A stretch of 62,748 nt of DNA, counting the filler, from Sphacelaria rigidula (taxonomy: Eukaryota): NCBI GenBank assembly GCA_964200075.2. It is 7 parts of 7 records of this genome, joined end to end, with 100 filler letters (N's around TTAATTAATTAA, not from the genome) between each part and the next. Parts side by side here need not be neighbours in the genome. Positions count along the whole stretch, not along the records: positions 17,959 to 26,837 come from CAXNAA020009855.1; positions 26,938 to 35,815 come from CAXNAA020009856.1; positions 35,916 to 44,793 come from CAXNAA020009857.1; 4 more parts are not named here. One strand, given 5' to 3'. The notes under the pieces are model-generated. The model saw nothing but the letters and a program-made list of their open reading frames with translations. It had not been told where the DNA came from and searched no databases. Below, one piece after another: positions 26,034-38,900 of the stretch. The position numbers and the translations under genes are program-made. Position 1 is the stretch's first letter. The number at the start of each line of letters is the position of its first letter.

Positions 26034-26290
26034 TACGTTACACGTTACATGTTACGGGACAATGTGACGTATGAAATTCATACGTTACGTCACGTCACAT
26101 TTTTTTACGGGTACGTTACGTTAGGTCACACTTGTGAAGTATAGAAAAGCCATACGTTACGTCACGTCACAGTAACAGCGTATTTTAAAATGTTTCCCGT
26201 GACGTGTGACGTATTTTATAGCTTACACATTACAATAAACGTTACACGTCACAATATTATTATACATTTTTGACGTCTGAATGAACGTCA
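26034..26290. repeat. CGTTA/CGTCA pentamer-rich repeat with inverted ends (possible hAT-like MITE)
   Basis: Many GTTAC/GTCAC units. TACATGTTACGGGA on the left faces TCCCGTGACGTGTGACGTA on the right. Confidence 0.45.
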
Positions 26291-26652
26291 CAACCGTCAC
26301 ACACTCAACTTGTACCACAATTATAGTGTGAGATTAGCATATGTGATACTGGCATGATATAATACATGGGTTCAAGAAGAGTGTGCATACGTCATCATAA
26401 TACGCACGCGATGTAAGCTGCCTATTTGGTTATCTCTTAAACCGTCACAAAGCGGAAGTTCAGCGCCACGGCAGCATGCACCGCCACGCACCACACCCTA
26501 CCATAGAACATATAGAGGCTGGCTGCGCCTCGTCCATAATCCTCTGTAGCTTCGCCACTAATAATTTGCGGCACGAAATTGGCAAAATCGTTCGAATTTG
26601 GAAAAACTCGGATGACCTGAATTTGGAACCAAAATATACCATACTGCCGGTC

Positions 26653-26837
26653 GCCCCGGTGGCTCAGTTGGCAACCTCATAACCTTCTGATGGTTGAGTA
26701 GGGGAGTTCGATACCGGAGCGATCTGGAATCTTTTCTCATCCCATGCCCAACAGTGGAGAGTGACTATGTCGTGGGTACACAACATTCGACTTAATGGTC
26801 GACGAGGGTAAGGGACTGCTGAACCCCTCTCGCGATA
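26653..26837 (+). mobile_element. tRNA-derived SINE 5' part (truncated by contig end)
   Basis: Box A is TGGCTCAGTTGG and box B is GAGTTCGATACC. GCCCCGG/CCGGAGC form an acceptor-like stem. The arms are imperfect, so this is not a functional tRNA. Confidence 0.6.
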
Positions 26838-26937
26838 NNNNNNNNNNNNNNNNNNNNNNNNNNNNNNNNNNNNNNNNNNNNTTAATTAATTAANNNNNNN
26901 NNNNNNNNNNNNNNNNNNNNNNNNNNNNNNNNNNNNN
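26838..26937. other. Artificial contig linker
   Basis: N/TTAATTAATTAA/N, 100 bp. Confidence 0.98.
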
Positions 26938-28856
26938 GGGGCATTGGGGCATAGTCATAACCGGCGCCCACCGTGCAACACCCTTTTCTTCAAGCTTCGC
27001 TGGGAGGTATTGACTCCTCGAGAATGACCGTTGCCGAGTTTGGCGCTTCGACTTCGTCGGGCGGCGATGTCAGCGGCGGCAGCGGAACACTTTCCCCAGG
27101 TGACATCCCCTCTCCCCCCCCCCGTCTCGTCGCCACCGTCAATGTTCCCGGCAATATCACGGATATTGTACAGCTGTGTACAGCCAAACATGGATTCACG
27201 CAACCCAGGCAGCGCACAGGCATAATACATATACCTTCTCGGCCAACCACGGAGTTCTCACCGTCGTAACCAAGCCGAACACCGGCTTATCACCGCTCAG
27301 GCATATTCAGGCAAACCGTTGACACTTTTTGCAATGGCGAGTGACTACAACTGCGACACAGCGGAAACAAGCACAGTTGTATGCGTAGTATTCCCCCGTC
27401 CCTGTTTTCTTGTTTCGAGGTTTTTGGTGAGTATAGTTCGTGGGAAATGTCGCGACGTACCCCTTTGATCCTGCTTTTACTCTCCTGTAGTACTATCATT
27501 TCACGAGCTGTGCCGCAGGGTATACAAACACCGAACCACTCACCCGCCATAGATATCGCCCCGCTCCCTGAGGACCCCATCGCGGCAGACCGCAACGATC
27601 TCGCCATGCCCTCAGCGTCCGATGTTGATGACGCCGGCTCCTCGGTAGAATCCTCAGATGGTCTCTGCTTCAGGTATGAGGTGCAGGGTAAGACGGGCAT
27701 GGATGATCAGTTGCAGCAGAATACACTTTACTAGCCACACCGACCTCGTTAAAAACTGGAACGTCTATTTTCCCCCACCACAAATGTCCGGTATTTGCTT
27801 TGTATGTCTAACATGGCGCAAACGCTGATTATATTCACGCGCCGACCAAGCACAGGATAGGATGGCAAGATGAGAAGAAGGAGTGATCGTGCCATGGATA
27901 CCGTGCCTAAACAACGAAGCTCGGGTATCTCGATCGACATCAAGCCCCCCTGAGATGAGGTGGGCGGGAAACAAGGCACTCGGTACATCGGGCGATCAAG
28001 GCAGCACATGAGTAGTATCTTCAGCATACCATGACGACCCCCCGACGAAACAAACGGCCACATGGGTGAAGCAAACCCAGCCGTCTGTCGATCGGGCAAA
28101 CACCATAACTTGCATCATGAATAATTTCACGTACTACCAGCGGTAAAAGCAGCTCGTCTGTGCGTTCGAGGACCCATATTTGTTTCGGCGAGCCTTTGTT
28201 CAACACACCAGTACTGAAGCGAGAGCGAGAGCCGCCAAAACGACACCTGTCATCACTTGGTCGGCCCTCGCAACCCTGACATCACGACCACCAGTGTCCT
28301 CTGTCAACAGTTCGGAAAGTGAAGTGCTCCACTGCTACAGGAGGTGAAAAGGGAGAAAGATGTAGTTACCACCACGTAAAAGGAAAACATTCCCACACGT
28401 ATCCGTCCAGGAATCACCGTTTCACAAATGCAAGATACGGTGCAGATGTAGATACACACATGAACATACAGTACTGCAGCATACACCAGTTGGAGTAGCA
28501 ACGAGGAAGACAGGAATACCGGTTTAATACGCATCACCGCATTTGCAGTGACATATTGTCACTGAAATAGAGCGAAACGAGTAGAGTGGCCTAGGGTGAA
28601 CGCTAGTCAGAAGGACAGGGCAGTCCTGTCCTATACCAAGGGGCTGATCATGACACCCCGTGACAAGAACAAAAGCCAAAGGCGTTGTCAGCACCTGTCC
28701 AGTTGAAAGCAAACCTTTCAACTGCGAAGGGTCTCACTGCAGTGTAGAACTCCTCCGCATGGCATTTGATGAAGACCAGAGCGTCGCTCATGATGGAAGT
28801 GATTCGCATTGTCCAAGCATAGTCATAGCCATATAACAACAGGGAAAATATGGGAA

Positions 28857-29339
28857 GCCCTGCATGTTGTGTGGAAGGGATCGACTGCGCAATATCCCTC
28901 CGTTGCTTGGTTCTTGTTGTGTGTTTCTGGCTGATTCCCTCCACCTACCTTTCACACATTTGCCGGCCATAGAGGAAGACACGCTCGGCCATAGCACCAT
29001 TAGTATGAGGGTCGCTCTATACACCGCACCTGAAAGATCGGTGAGGACATTCGCAGTCTCTGAAATCACTTTTGTCTGGATAGTCTGCTCTCTAGTCGGA
29101 GCGTGGGCACTGTCAAGACAAACGTGAATGTGGAGACTCCAAACAACCTCACCGATCCTTACGACGTGGTTTTATACGGCAGTATCGATACTGACGGTGC
29201 TATGGCTGGGCATATCGCCCTCAATGACCGGCAAACCTGCGAAAGATAGATGGAGGAGATCAACCGGAGGATAGAACAAGAACCAAGCAACGGAGGATGT
29301 CTGTGGTGGTCAATACCTTCGACCCAACACTATCCGGCC
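28857..29339. repeat. Old ~480-bp foldback, probably a decayed Harbinger-type MITE (family C)
   Basis: CCTCCGTTGCTTGGTTCTTGTT (28896) pairs with AACAAGAACCAAGCAACGGAGG (29275), and complementarity continues to a loop at ~29090-29105. The right end is GGCC|TCA. Confidence 0.7.
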
Positions 29340-29451
29340 TCACGGGACCAGCCCCGCCGTGCGGAGACAAACACTGGACACGCGACCAAGAGATTGTCAA
29401 ACGGCGATTCCTCAAATTACACATTTTCCCTCTCACCCACGGCCAGCACGA

Positions 29452-29850
29452 GTCTTCTCCGCCATCACTCACCCTGTCTTCCCTCGCGCTAGTTGTGACA
29501 ATCGCTCGACGAGGGAAAAGCAGCGCCGGGGCTCCAAGTGGGACTCGTACCTCCTTCACCCCCTCCGACTCTTCGTTCTCGTCTGTCTCGATCATGACAG
29601 TGATAGCTGGAGTCTGCGCCGCCATCGTCGAGCAGATGCATGCCCACATTGGGCACTGTATTCAATACGGGGCCCACTGTACGGCGCAGACTCCAGCTAT
29701 CACTGTCATGATCGAGGCAGACGAGAATGTAGAGGTGGAGAGGGTGGAGGAGGTACGAGCCCCACTTGGAGCCCTGGCGCTCCTTTCTCCTCGTCGAGCG
29801 ATTGTCACAACTGGCGCGAGGGAGAGCAGGGTGAGTGATGGCGGAGAGGA
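29452..29850. repeat. Long high-identity inverted repeat (~170-bp arms, ~60-nt loop), no TIR/TSD signature
   Basis: Mirror ORFs 29359+ and 29857- give near-identical peptides. Arms are 29452-29620 and 29681-29850. Confidence 0.9.
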
Positions 29851-31010
29851 CCATCACCTACAGACCTGATCTGATCGATCTGGATTGGGTTTTGGTGACC
29901 TAGGGCTCCAGATCAGCTCCAGATCAGGTCGCGCGAGCTATTATAACGTGATATCGATATCCTGTTCCACAGTACTTTTACTTTTCCCTCAGACTGGCTG
30001 TTGTGAAAAGCACCAAGTGAGAACAGTGAAGACTGGAAAACACAGGTGTTGGCATGACTATCATATTGACCTCGGGTGCAAGTGTCACGGTCGGCCATAA
30101 TCATTGTAGATACTCCAGATATGTTAGGCGGAAAGGCCCAGACTCATGTGGGAATACATTCCGAAAACAACAGACACTAGCGTGCAGTACTGCTGAAATA
30201 TAAAACACGACATCATATCATGCGCGACACTGTTTTCCAGCTGCACCCGTCACATGCCGACTTGGAAGTGATGGTTATCAGATCATCATTTTCGTTTGGC
30301 CACAGATCGACAAGTCATCTGCACTGGGGCAGCACAAAAACACGCGGTGGCACGGAGACTAAACTAGTCACGTTGCGCATACAGTAGGCGGTCTTATACC
30401 ATCTACTGGCACGATCCAACGTCGCCGTTCGCTGGAATGAACTCGGTGAGCGGGTAGGGACGGGCGCGGAATCTGCAAGAAGATGGGGATAGAACAGAAG
30501 AGGCGCTACCCGCTGCGAGGGTTCTCTTTCGAAACAGATAGAGCCTCTTCGGTTATACGCCCAGCTTCTCGAAGACACCATCCCGTCCCCACCAGCTTAT
30601 CGACTTCATCCAACAGCGCTCGACAACATCACAACGCACCAACTTGCCACCCTAACAATGGTATTGTCTGGGCAATGTTCCCCTTCGACCCTGATCATTC
30701 ACCGAAACCAGGAGGTGGTGGCTAACGCGCGAAGTGGCAAGATTGTCCGGTGATGCCAGGGCCTCCTCCACCACTCCCAGCGTTCCCGCAGTCTCACCCC
30801 CCTCCACCACGTCAACATCCCTGCAAGCCGGGAACGGGAGGCAAGCACAAGTAACAACAAAGTAGGGTATACGGGGCATTTCCATGCTTAGACAGACCAG
30901 AGGGTAGCATCGGTCATTCGTCTGCCTCTGTGAGGAACAGACGATATACTTCGCCACCTATTGTGGGGTCTCAGCGTCCTTATCGTGTCGCGATGCCAAG
31001 GTATCGTAGA

Positions 31011-31387
31011 CCGCATCCTCACAACCCCCAACTCATTGCACACACCAGTGTTTGGAATCGGCCCTCCTGCATCGTGACATACTGACACACCCATCGGAAC
31101 CGGCCTGTCCGGTCGTCGGGCATGGTGTGAACCGTACCCGCCGTGCTGCTACCCGTGCTCACAAGTTGGAAGTGCTCACATCGCTCATTCTCTACCTAGC
31201 AGCTGGAGAAAAGCTATGTGAGCACTTCCGACCCGTGAGCATGGGTAGCAGCACAACGGGTACGATTCACACCATGCCCGACGACCGGACAGGCCCGTTC
31301 CAACAGGTGTGCGGGTATATTATGATGCAAGAGAGTCAACTCCAAACACCGGTGTGAGCAACGAGTCACGGTTGATGAGGATGTGGG
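31011..31387. repeat. ~375-bp foldback
   Basis: GGCCTGTCCGGTCGTCGGGCATGGTGTGAA pairs with TTCACACCATGCCCGACGACCGGACAGGCC. The loop is at ~31192-31204. Confidence 0.9.
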
Positions 31388-32589
31388 ATATGGCTAAGCG
31401 GTGAAAAAACACTAAACTATCGAGGCGCGGGTCATTCGGACGTTTTGCTTGAAAATGCAATGTTGGAGAGAGGTTATCACGTTACTCAACATGTGGCCGA
31501 ACGAGTGAAGACGCAGTGAGCGCGCCGGATGCGAGATGGAAATCGAAATACTGACACTGCATTTACGCAAAGATGGCAACGTATTCACACTATTTGTCAA
31601 ATTGACGGCAACGTAAGTGCCTCCTGGAACTCCAACTCTGGAAATCGAACATGTAGTATTGACATGACTTTCGCAAGAATTGGATGAAACTCAGCGTAAT
31701 AATACCAACGGGTCTCGATCACACTGTTGGGAATTGGACCACCAGCCCAACCGATGAGGATACTTGACCTCCTCAGGAGCGGCACTTCGTCCTACACATG
31801 AGTAAAGTCAATCATGGCGCGCGGATCATATATTTTGAACGGAAGGGTGTAGCTAGATACGTTGCAACGATGCAGTCACGGAGATGCTCATGAAAAAAAA
31901 TGAAAAAATATCGAAGTTGTTATGATGGAAAAATTGTGGATCAATTTTGACCAAAGTGAGGCCGATTTCGATCACTTTGTACCGTGTTCGGCCGAATGTT
32001 GACAAATGTTACCTGCTTTCAGTTTAAACGTAGCTGACACCATGATGGCATGCTTTCAGCCACGGCGAAGGTATCGTCTATCAATGATGAAGCGAAAATA
32101 AAAAGCCATTCTTGCACATTCTTTCGTTTTTCGCCATTTTTCCGGGTGTACACCCACCCGTTTTTCTGGAAACGGGGAAAAACGACCCTTCTGGGGTCGA
32201 CTGCTTTGGTTTCGGTCGCTGGCCCAAGCAGGAGGCCGCGTAAAAGCAAAAAAAAAACGGGTTCAACTCAAAAAATGACAAGGAATTCAAATACATCATC
32301 ACTGACGGCATCGGACAAGGCTGATGTCCCGTGTATACCTCACCGACTTTACTCATGTGTTGGGGGGGGGGTTATGTTCAATGCACCATACTTGCGTGCT
32401 GCTGTGAAGAGAAGATTAGTAGCACGGTACGCTTTCCACACGTCTAACGATATCAGCACATGTTCATATCCAGTCTTTCAGGGTCATGTCGGAATTGCTC
32501 GTACAACTTTGATTCCAACTTTTGGTGATGAACAGATACTGTGGTACGTTGACACAAACTCATACTTTAGCTTCGTTCCCGACTTCGTT

Positions 32590-34738
32590 TGGGGCGAGGT
32601 ATTGACCTACCGGTCGTCGGGGATCCCACCCTACCCACAGACTCAGGTTTCGACTCGCTGCTACTTCTGATTGATCGAGAACGCTACGATTGTTACTTTG
32701 GACAACCCCCTGCAATAGCCCATCAAGTTCGTGCAAGTCGTGGCAGCACAGTCGAGAAATCGTATTTCCCCCATATTCTTGCGTCGAGCACAACAGGGGT
32801 ATCATATACTGCATCCTGGGCAATAACACGTCTCTTCGGCTGTAGCATAACAACTTCTTGTAACGAAGGGAAGATGCGGGGAGGGGCACTTCAGAACAAT
32901 TGGGATGGACCCCATCAAACAAGTATATCAAACAAAAATCAGGCACGATACCCGACGATCAGTACCCCAGTAATGCGATGAAAAAGTCATCACGAAAACA
33001 AATGCGTACAAGGATCGATCACGCCCGAACAGTTCGGATGAAGAGTCGACTCTCATCGCTCATAATTGCCCGAAAACGCGCAAATGACGACTCCGGACCC
33101 GTTTCAAGTTTGACTACGCTGGTGGGGACTGGGCGCATCACCCCCCCACGAAGGCAAAACAACTGTGCCCGGAGGACATACCTCTTGCTTCGATCAATTA
33201 TATAAATGAACTGTGATACGCCTGACCATGTCAAAGGTACATGAGACACGGTCAGGATGGTAGACGACAACAAGGCTGGAGGACAACTGGCGATGCCTTA
33301 AACCTTGTTACAATGCGGTTAACAACAGTACAAGTGATTCTGTAATATATGCGGCGTACTCAGAGCTTCGTAGCGTGCTGACGATCGACATACACGGTAA
33401 AAAGCATCCCAATCGCATGATCAGGGGTACCATGCGCACGTACGAAAGAGTTGGAAGCGATCAGGGTCAAAATTTATGCCCGGTGAGGGAGAGGAATGGT
33501 CGAGTCACAGCACGGCTTGCGCAAGGAGTCTGTGCGGTTCATGCCGTTCAAGTTTGGAACAGGCAACTCAGTCGTCTACATCCTCAGCAACAATCACGCT
33601 ACTAGAGCAACTTCAGAGTTGTAATCGCCACCGACAAGGTTCTAGTCCCCGAATCCCGCCCGGAAGGGGTAGGACACCATTTTATCCCCGGAACACAAGA
33701 AGCGGTCAACGAACCAAGACGGTGCAGTATCGATCTGTTACTATAGTGATGAATGACACGTGCTTAGAGGCACACAAGTCCGCTCGCAAATGATAAAGGG
33801 AAACAACCTTTCCCGGTGATGGTTTACGTGCAGGCGCCGAGGCCGTCAGCTACCCCAAAAACAAGAAGGAAGGAGTTCCAAGACCTATCGAGAAGGGCTT
33901 GCACTTTCCAGTGTTTTTGCGCCTCGCACATTCGGAGATATCGCCACACCAAGGCTACAGGCCTGGCTGGAGGACCTACAATATTCGCTGAGCGTGTCAG
34001 GGGAGGGGTTGACACAATCACATCCCCGGAGCGGGGATAAGGGGGTAGCTGATCACCGGGGAACACGTGCACACATGTGATTGATTCGGGTCATGAGTCA
34101 AGAGACGCCGTCGTCCGTGCGTGACCGGCGAAAACGCCAGCAACACTCCCTAAGTTCGTGGGCTCATCGGAAGGTGAAAGCGTTCAACTTGTCTCCGGAG
34201 GAACATTATATTCCGTTTTTCTTTCTCTGGGAAAGTTCAAGGTGGGGAAAGTACCTCCCCCACGATCAGAGGTATCAATGCTGTGCGTGTACAGAAGACA
34301 AAAACGAAAGATAACACCCTACCACCTTTTCTTCCCTTGCAAAACCACAGCTGTCCCCTGCCCACGTCCAGCTCTACGCCTTTGGGTGCAATGCGTGCAT
34401 TTCTCGCTGACTTTTGGAACATCTTAAACGCGGAACAAAATACACCAAAATATCCTGTCGATTGGATGAATGGCACCAACACCCCGTAGTCTAGCATATG
34501 TGCCCCCGTTGTACTCTTGATCCTCAGACCGCGAGCGTCGCCTTGGAAACGTTTCACTAGCTGACAGTCCAAGGACACCCGCGGGTTTCCAGGGGGCGGG
34601 GGCTGTTCGCAGAACCGGCGGAAAGTTCACCAAGTAAAACGATGTGTGGAAGTTTCCCACGGAAAATTCCAAGCCATGAACGAGGCCCGAGAGGAGCGGA
34701 GTGACCAGTAGTGCTGCGTGTTATGTACATTCTCAACA
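32590..34738 (+). mobile_element. Possible highly decayed gypsy 3' end (integrase tail, PPT, LTR)
   Basis: LTYRSSGIPPY and LQNNWDGPH (GPY/F-like). A purine tract GGGGATAAGGGGG directly precedes TG at 34050, with a candidate CA end at 34738. Weak. Confidence 0.3.
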
Positions 34739-35059
34739 AAACTCTGAGGATGGATACTTGATACTCCGTGAAAGCACAACACAGTACAAGTTCAAGCGGA
34801 AGGTTACATTATTGAACCAGGTTTAACGAAATGCGCGTGCAGACCAAATACAAACGCACTCACACCGGCCCCTATTACACGCATCTTCCGGTGCACTTCG
34901 GGGGTGCGAATCCTCGACTGGACGTCATCGCTGACGCGACCGAGCGACACAGTCTACGCAACACCTATTGAAACTGCACATTTACCAGACGTTTTCACCC
35001 CGTCGTTAGTGAGAAGGCGGGAGTGCTTGGCTGCATCCAAGAGCGATCATGACCTACGC

Positions 35060-35720
35060 GGGGGGGGGGGGGGGGGGAGGCGAACTCATTCGTTGCTTGC
35101 CTTAGCCTTTCACCATCGGTCACGCATCCCTATCAAGACGGAGCACCGCTCCTGTTCCTTATGTAGACACCTCCTATATTTCATCAAGACTCGTGACGTT
35201 TCTTCTACGAATTACAAAAAAAACGTTTCCATATCGTATCCCCTTTCTAATTCGCCGTATGTGAATACCATCTATCTCCTAGTATGGCAATCGTGTTCTC
35301 GCTACTGTCCAGTACATCGAGCGACTTCATGCCATGTCCGTTTGGTTCCCACATTTTCCGCCGAACTCATCCCGTTCCTCCTTGTATAGTTCACATTCTG
35401 CCACTGTAAAACTCTACTCTATATTACTGTGCCACAGGGGCCGTCCTGTGCATCTACTTCCGCTTTCACTCGACGACTCCTGATATACCTCTTCCTTTTC
35501 TTCTGGCAGGTCCAGGTCCCCCAATCGAAAGAAAAGTTTCAATTGTTTCGCACTGTCTTTTGGACCATGTAGATACATTTTCATCCCTATTTCCGCTCCC
35601 AACCCCCCATATATCTGCAGGTGCTCTTTCTTGTCTTCTTTCCGTCTTACGGCTGATTTCTTCATTATTTCCGTCATGTCTCCTACTTTTGCCTTGTACC
35701 CACCACATTCACCTATGGGC
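35060..35720 (-). mobile_element. LINE 3' fragment, same family as 8980-9312
   Basis: EHLQIYGGLGAEIGMKMYLHGPKD...GDLDLPE. The terminal segment ACTCATT(C/T)GTTGCTTGCCTTAG next to poly-G recurs at 36001. Confidence 0.6.
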
Positions 35721-35815
35721 ACTTTCTCGTCTTAGTTTTCTCCCATGTCCTTCCATACTTTCTCGACTACACTATCCCACCTTATTCCAGCCTGCCCGTT
35801 CGTCACTTCCTTCCA

Positions 35816-35915
35816 NNNNNNNNNNNNNNNNNNNNNNNNNNNNNNNNNNNNNNNNNNNNTTAATTAATTAANNNNNNNNNNNNNNNNNNNNNNNNNNNNN
35901 NNNNNNNNNNNNNNN
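35816..35915. other. Artificial contig linker
   Basis: N/TTAATTAATTAA/N, 100 bp. Confidence 0.98.
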
Positions 35916-38900
35916 GGGCGGGGCCTGGCGGGGGGGCGGCAGTCTGGACGGGGTGGGGTGGGGGAGGGTGGGGGGCGGGGGGGGGAGGAGGGGGGGGGGT
36001 ACTCATTTGTTGCTTGCCTTAGTCGTGTGACCATTGACCACGCATCCCTTTCGAGACTGAGTCGGGACGGAGGGAGGGGGGCTTTGTGTTTGAAAAAAAT
36101 CTCTCGACAGACCCTTGGATGGGTATTGAAAAATGCAGCTCTCTACAATAACTGCACTCGCCACCTGCCTCCACGACGAGAGGATTTATTTGGAGAAAAA
36201 GTTCGGGTAGTAGTGTAAATTATTTTCCGAGGAAAGCTTGGGGAGAGCGTTGCTTCTTGCCTTATTCGTAAATCTACCGGGATTGATATCAGCTTTCAAA
36301 GAATGCACAGCGCTCTTACTAGCCACATAGGCATTCGCATGTGTCCTGGACACTTCATACCCCATTCCTACAATAGCTACGAGGAGAACGTCCTCACTCG
36401 CTTTTCGACCGTCCGTTCCCAGTTATTGCATGACCAGGAGAAACTGCGGCAGGTGATAAATAATAACCATTATAAATCGGGCGCTGAAGTTTTTCTGCAG
36501 TCTTGTCCGCGGCCAGGCTGCGGTGTGTTTGCCTTGTGTACCCTACGCTATCATCGATCTAACGCCGGCTGCGCTGAGGTGAGATTCACACTGGTGTGCG
36601 CAAGGAAAGGTTCGGAATGCCTGCTTCATTACAGCCAGCCGGTCCTGTCACCAGCGCCTCCAACAACTCTCAACTATCCACAGAAAACAGCATGCTTTGC
36701 TGTATTATTTACTCACTGTTGTACTGTCGAACACTACCGTAATGTACCGAATGAGCCACCTGATCGCAGCAGAGACGTCTTCATGCTGCTCGTGTAGAAC
36801 TGACAGTTGTTTGCCCGCGTCCCTGTACTACATCGATGTTTTGATGTTTTCTCGGGACGGCCATGCTGCACCCGTTTCAACCTTCGTTCACCCGTGCAGG
36901 ATTGCAAGTTTTCCAATTTCAAAACATTGCATTGCGTACAACAGTTGATGCAGTATGTGAATCGCTCACACTGACAAGGACGGGGCCCCAACCCCAGAAA
37001 CCGTTTCACACGGGGTTGAAGACGCTAGTCTGTAATGTACTAATGTACACTTTTATTGATGATGAAGATTCCGCCCTTCCGATAGAAGTATGGGCCGCCG
37101 AATATGCCCGCCGCAGTTTTTGCTCAAAGTAAACGAGGCCAGCGATTCGAACACCCATGGATTCTGTTCCGAGAGTTTGTCAGCTGGCAGTCTCGAGAGT
37201 TTGCTCGTTGGACATGGGCACTTGGCATCAGTGTTCAGAAAAAAAATAAAAACTTGGGCCATGAGAGATGCAACAGACAGTGTCTTTCCGTGATTTGTTC
37301 GAGCGGGCAGGTGCTCGTTTTGTACCCCTCGTGTATCATGCAGTTGCCAGTTCTGTCGGGCTCAACGTTCGGGCGATGGCTACCCCCACACTTCCACCAC
37401 CACTTCACTACAGTACGCACCACGGTTGCTGTCGAAGCATTAAAACGCGGAGATCCGAATGCTAATGCTACCTTGGCGTAGTTGCTGACAGCAGAAGTTT
37501 GTGCAGTGGTGTTCACCACTTGGTCGATTAGAACCTTTTTTTAACACACCTCGGTTTGTGAGGCAGACAAGCTCAGCGCTACAAGTACATTGCGCATTGC
37601 TCCTGCGTGTGTCAACATGTTCATGTCTTGTTCAACTTCTTGACTGGCGGTGGGGGTTAAAGGAAAGTTTCCGCAAACCTCAGACACAAAATCAGCACAC
37701 CACCACATCCGCCCTCACCGCCGACAGCACGTACACTCCCGCTGAACGAGCCCTGCCGTCCAGCTGTTCAGCAGCAGCTGTGTTTCGACGACAAACACGT
37801 ACTACTGTTCACGTGATATTTTTGTCGTGAGACAGCTAAACGCAACTGATGGTTTCTATAGGATGACTGTGACGCGTGGCGTATGCGTGGCAACGACCTT
37901 TTTTTTTAGGGCTGTGAACTGAAGTTAAACTGGAACTGGCGATAAGGGTGCGAGTTTATCCAGCTCATTGAGGTTCCCCGTTACCGGCTATTTTCTACCA
38001 GTTTTAGTATTGTGAGATTATAAGAAAGATGCTGACACCATTATACGCAGTTTGACTGTACAATTGAGGCCTGTACTTTGAAGTCGCAGAGGAATATGGG
38101 GCATCAATTGAGACGGAGGGCGCTTCGAAGGCGTCGACGGAAATTGATTTCGACAATGACGCGTGAAACACAGTGCACAACTTCATGCTTTGTCTTCCGT
38201 GTTTCGGTCGACTTGTACGGCATAGGTCTGGCGTTCTGTGGTGGTATCTTAGCACGTAAATAATTAATTTGCCCTGGGTCCGTCAATGGCTGACTACTTC
38301 AGGTGTTTTCTGCTTTTTGTGTCCCGTCTGCTTCGTTGGTACCTCGTGGTTCTGCAGTGTTCCGTTTTTTCGACCGTAGCGCGTAGGTCGAAGGCTGGTC
38401 CATCGAATGAGGAAAATGAAGAAAGAAAAAAGAGTTGTGAATCTTATGCGGCGGGACGCTCGATGCGGAACTGCCGAACGGCGAACCCCAGTTGCCAATT
38501 GCCAATTGCCACGATGGAGAGTGTTTTGAACATGATGTAGCACATGCTCACCACATCTCGAAGTGGTATAGCGGATATATGCCACGGTTCGTCGTTTCAT
38601 TGCACAACATCCGAAAACAAAAATAAAAAATGGTGACCCGTGACGACAAAATACAAGATACCCAATGACTTGCTGTTCAACGGCATGCGTGTTTCTCGGC
38701 CGGACTTGAATCATATTACGCTCTTATCCCCACGTCCTGCCAGCTTTGGCTTCCTTGTTCCCGTCCTCCGCTCCTCACGGAAAGCTTCTTCTACGGATAT
38801 GCTACAGATGAATGACCTTCGAATCGCTCACCGCTTTGAATGGGATTTTCGTGTGATCTAAGCCTTTTAGCTCCTCTATGTCAGGGTTCACATTTCTCAC

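Noticed and set aside
26653-26720. Functional tRNA-Gln(CTG)
   Set aside because: The D and T arms do not pair properly and the sequence continues into a repeat-like body; it is treated as a SINE head.
26955-27700. Possible minus-strand exons (e.g. 27545-27664 with a GTGAGT donor)
   Set aside because: The sequence is low complexity, the frame is ambiguous and no homology is recognisable.
35060-36060. Local direct repeat or LTR pair
   Set aside because: The two copies lie on different contigs separated by a linker.
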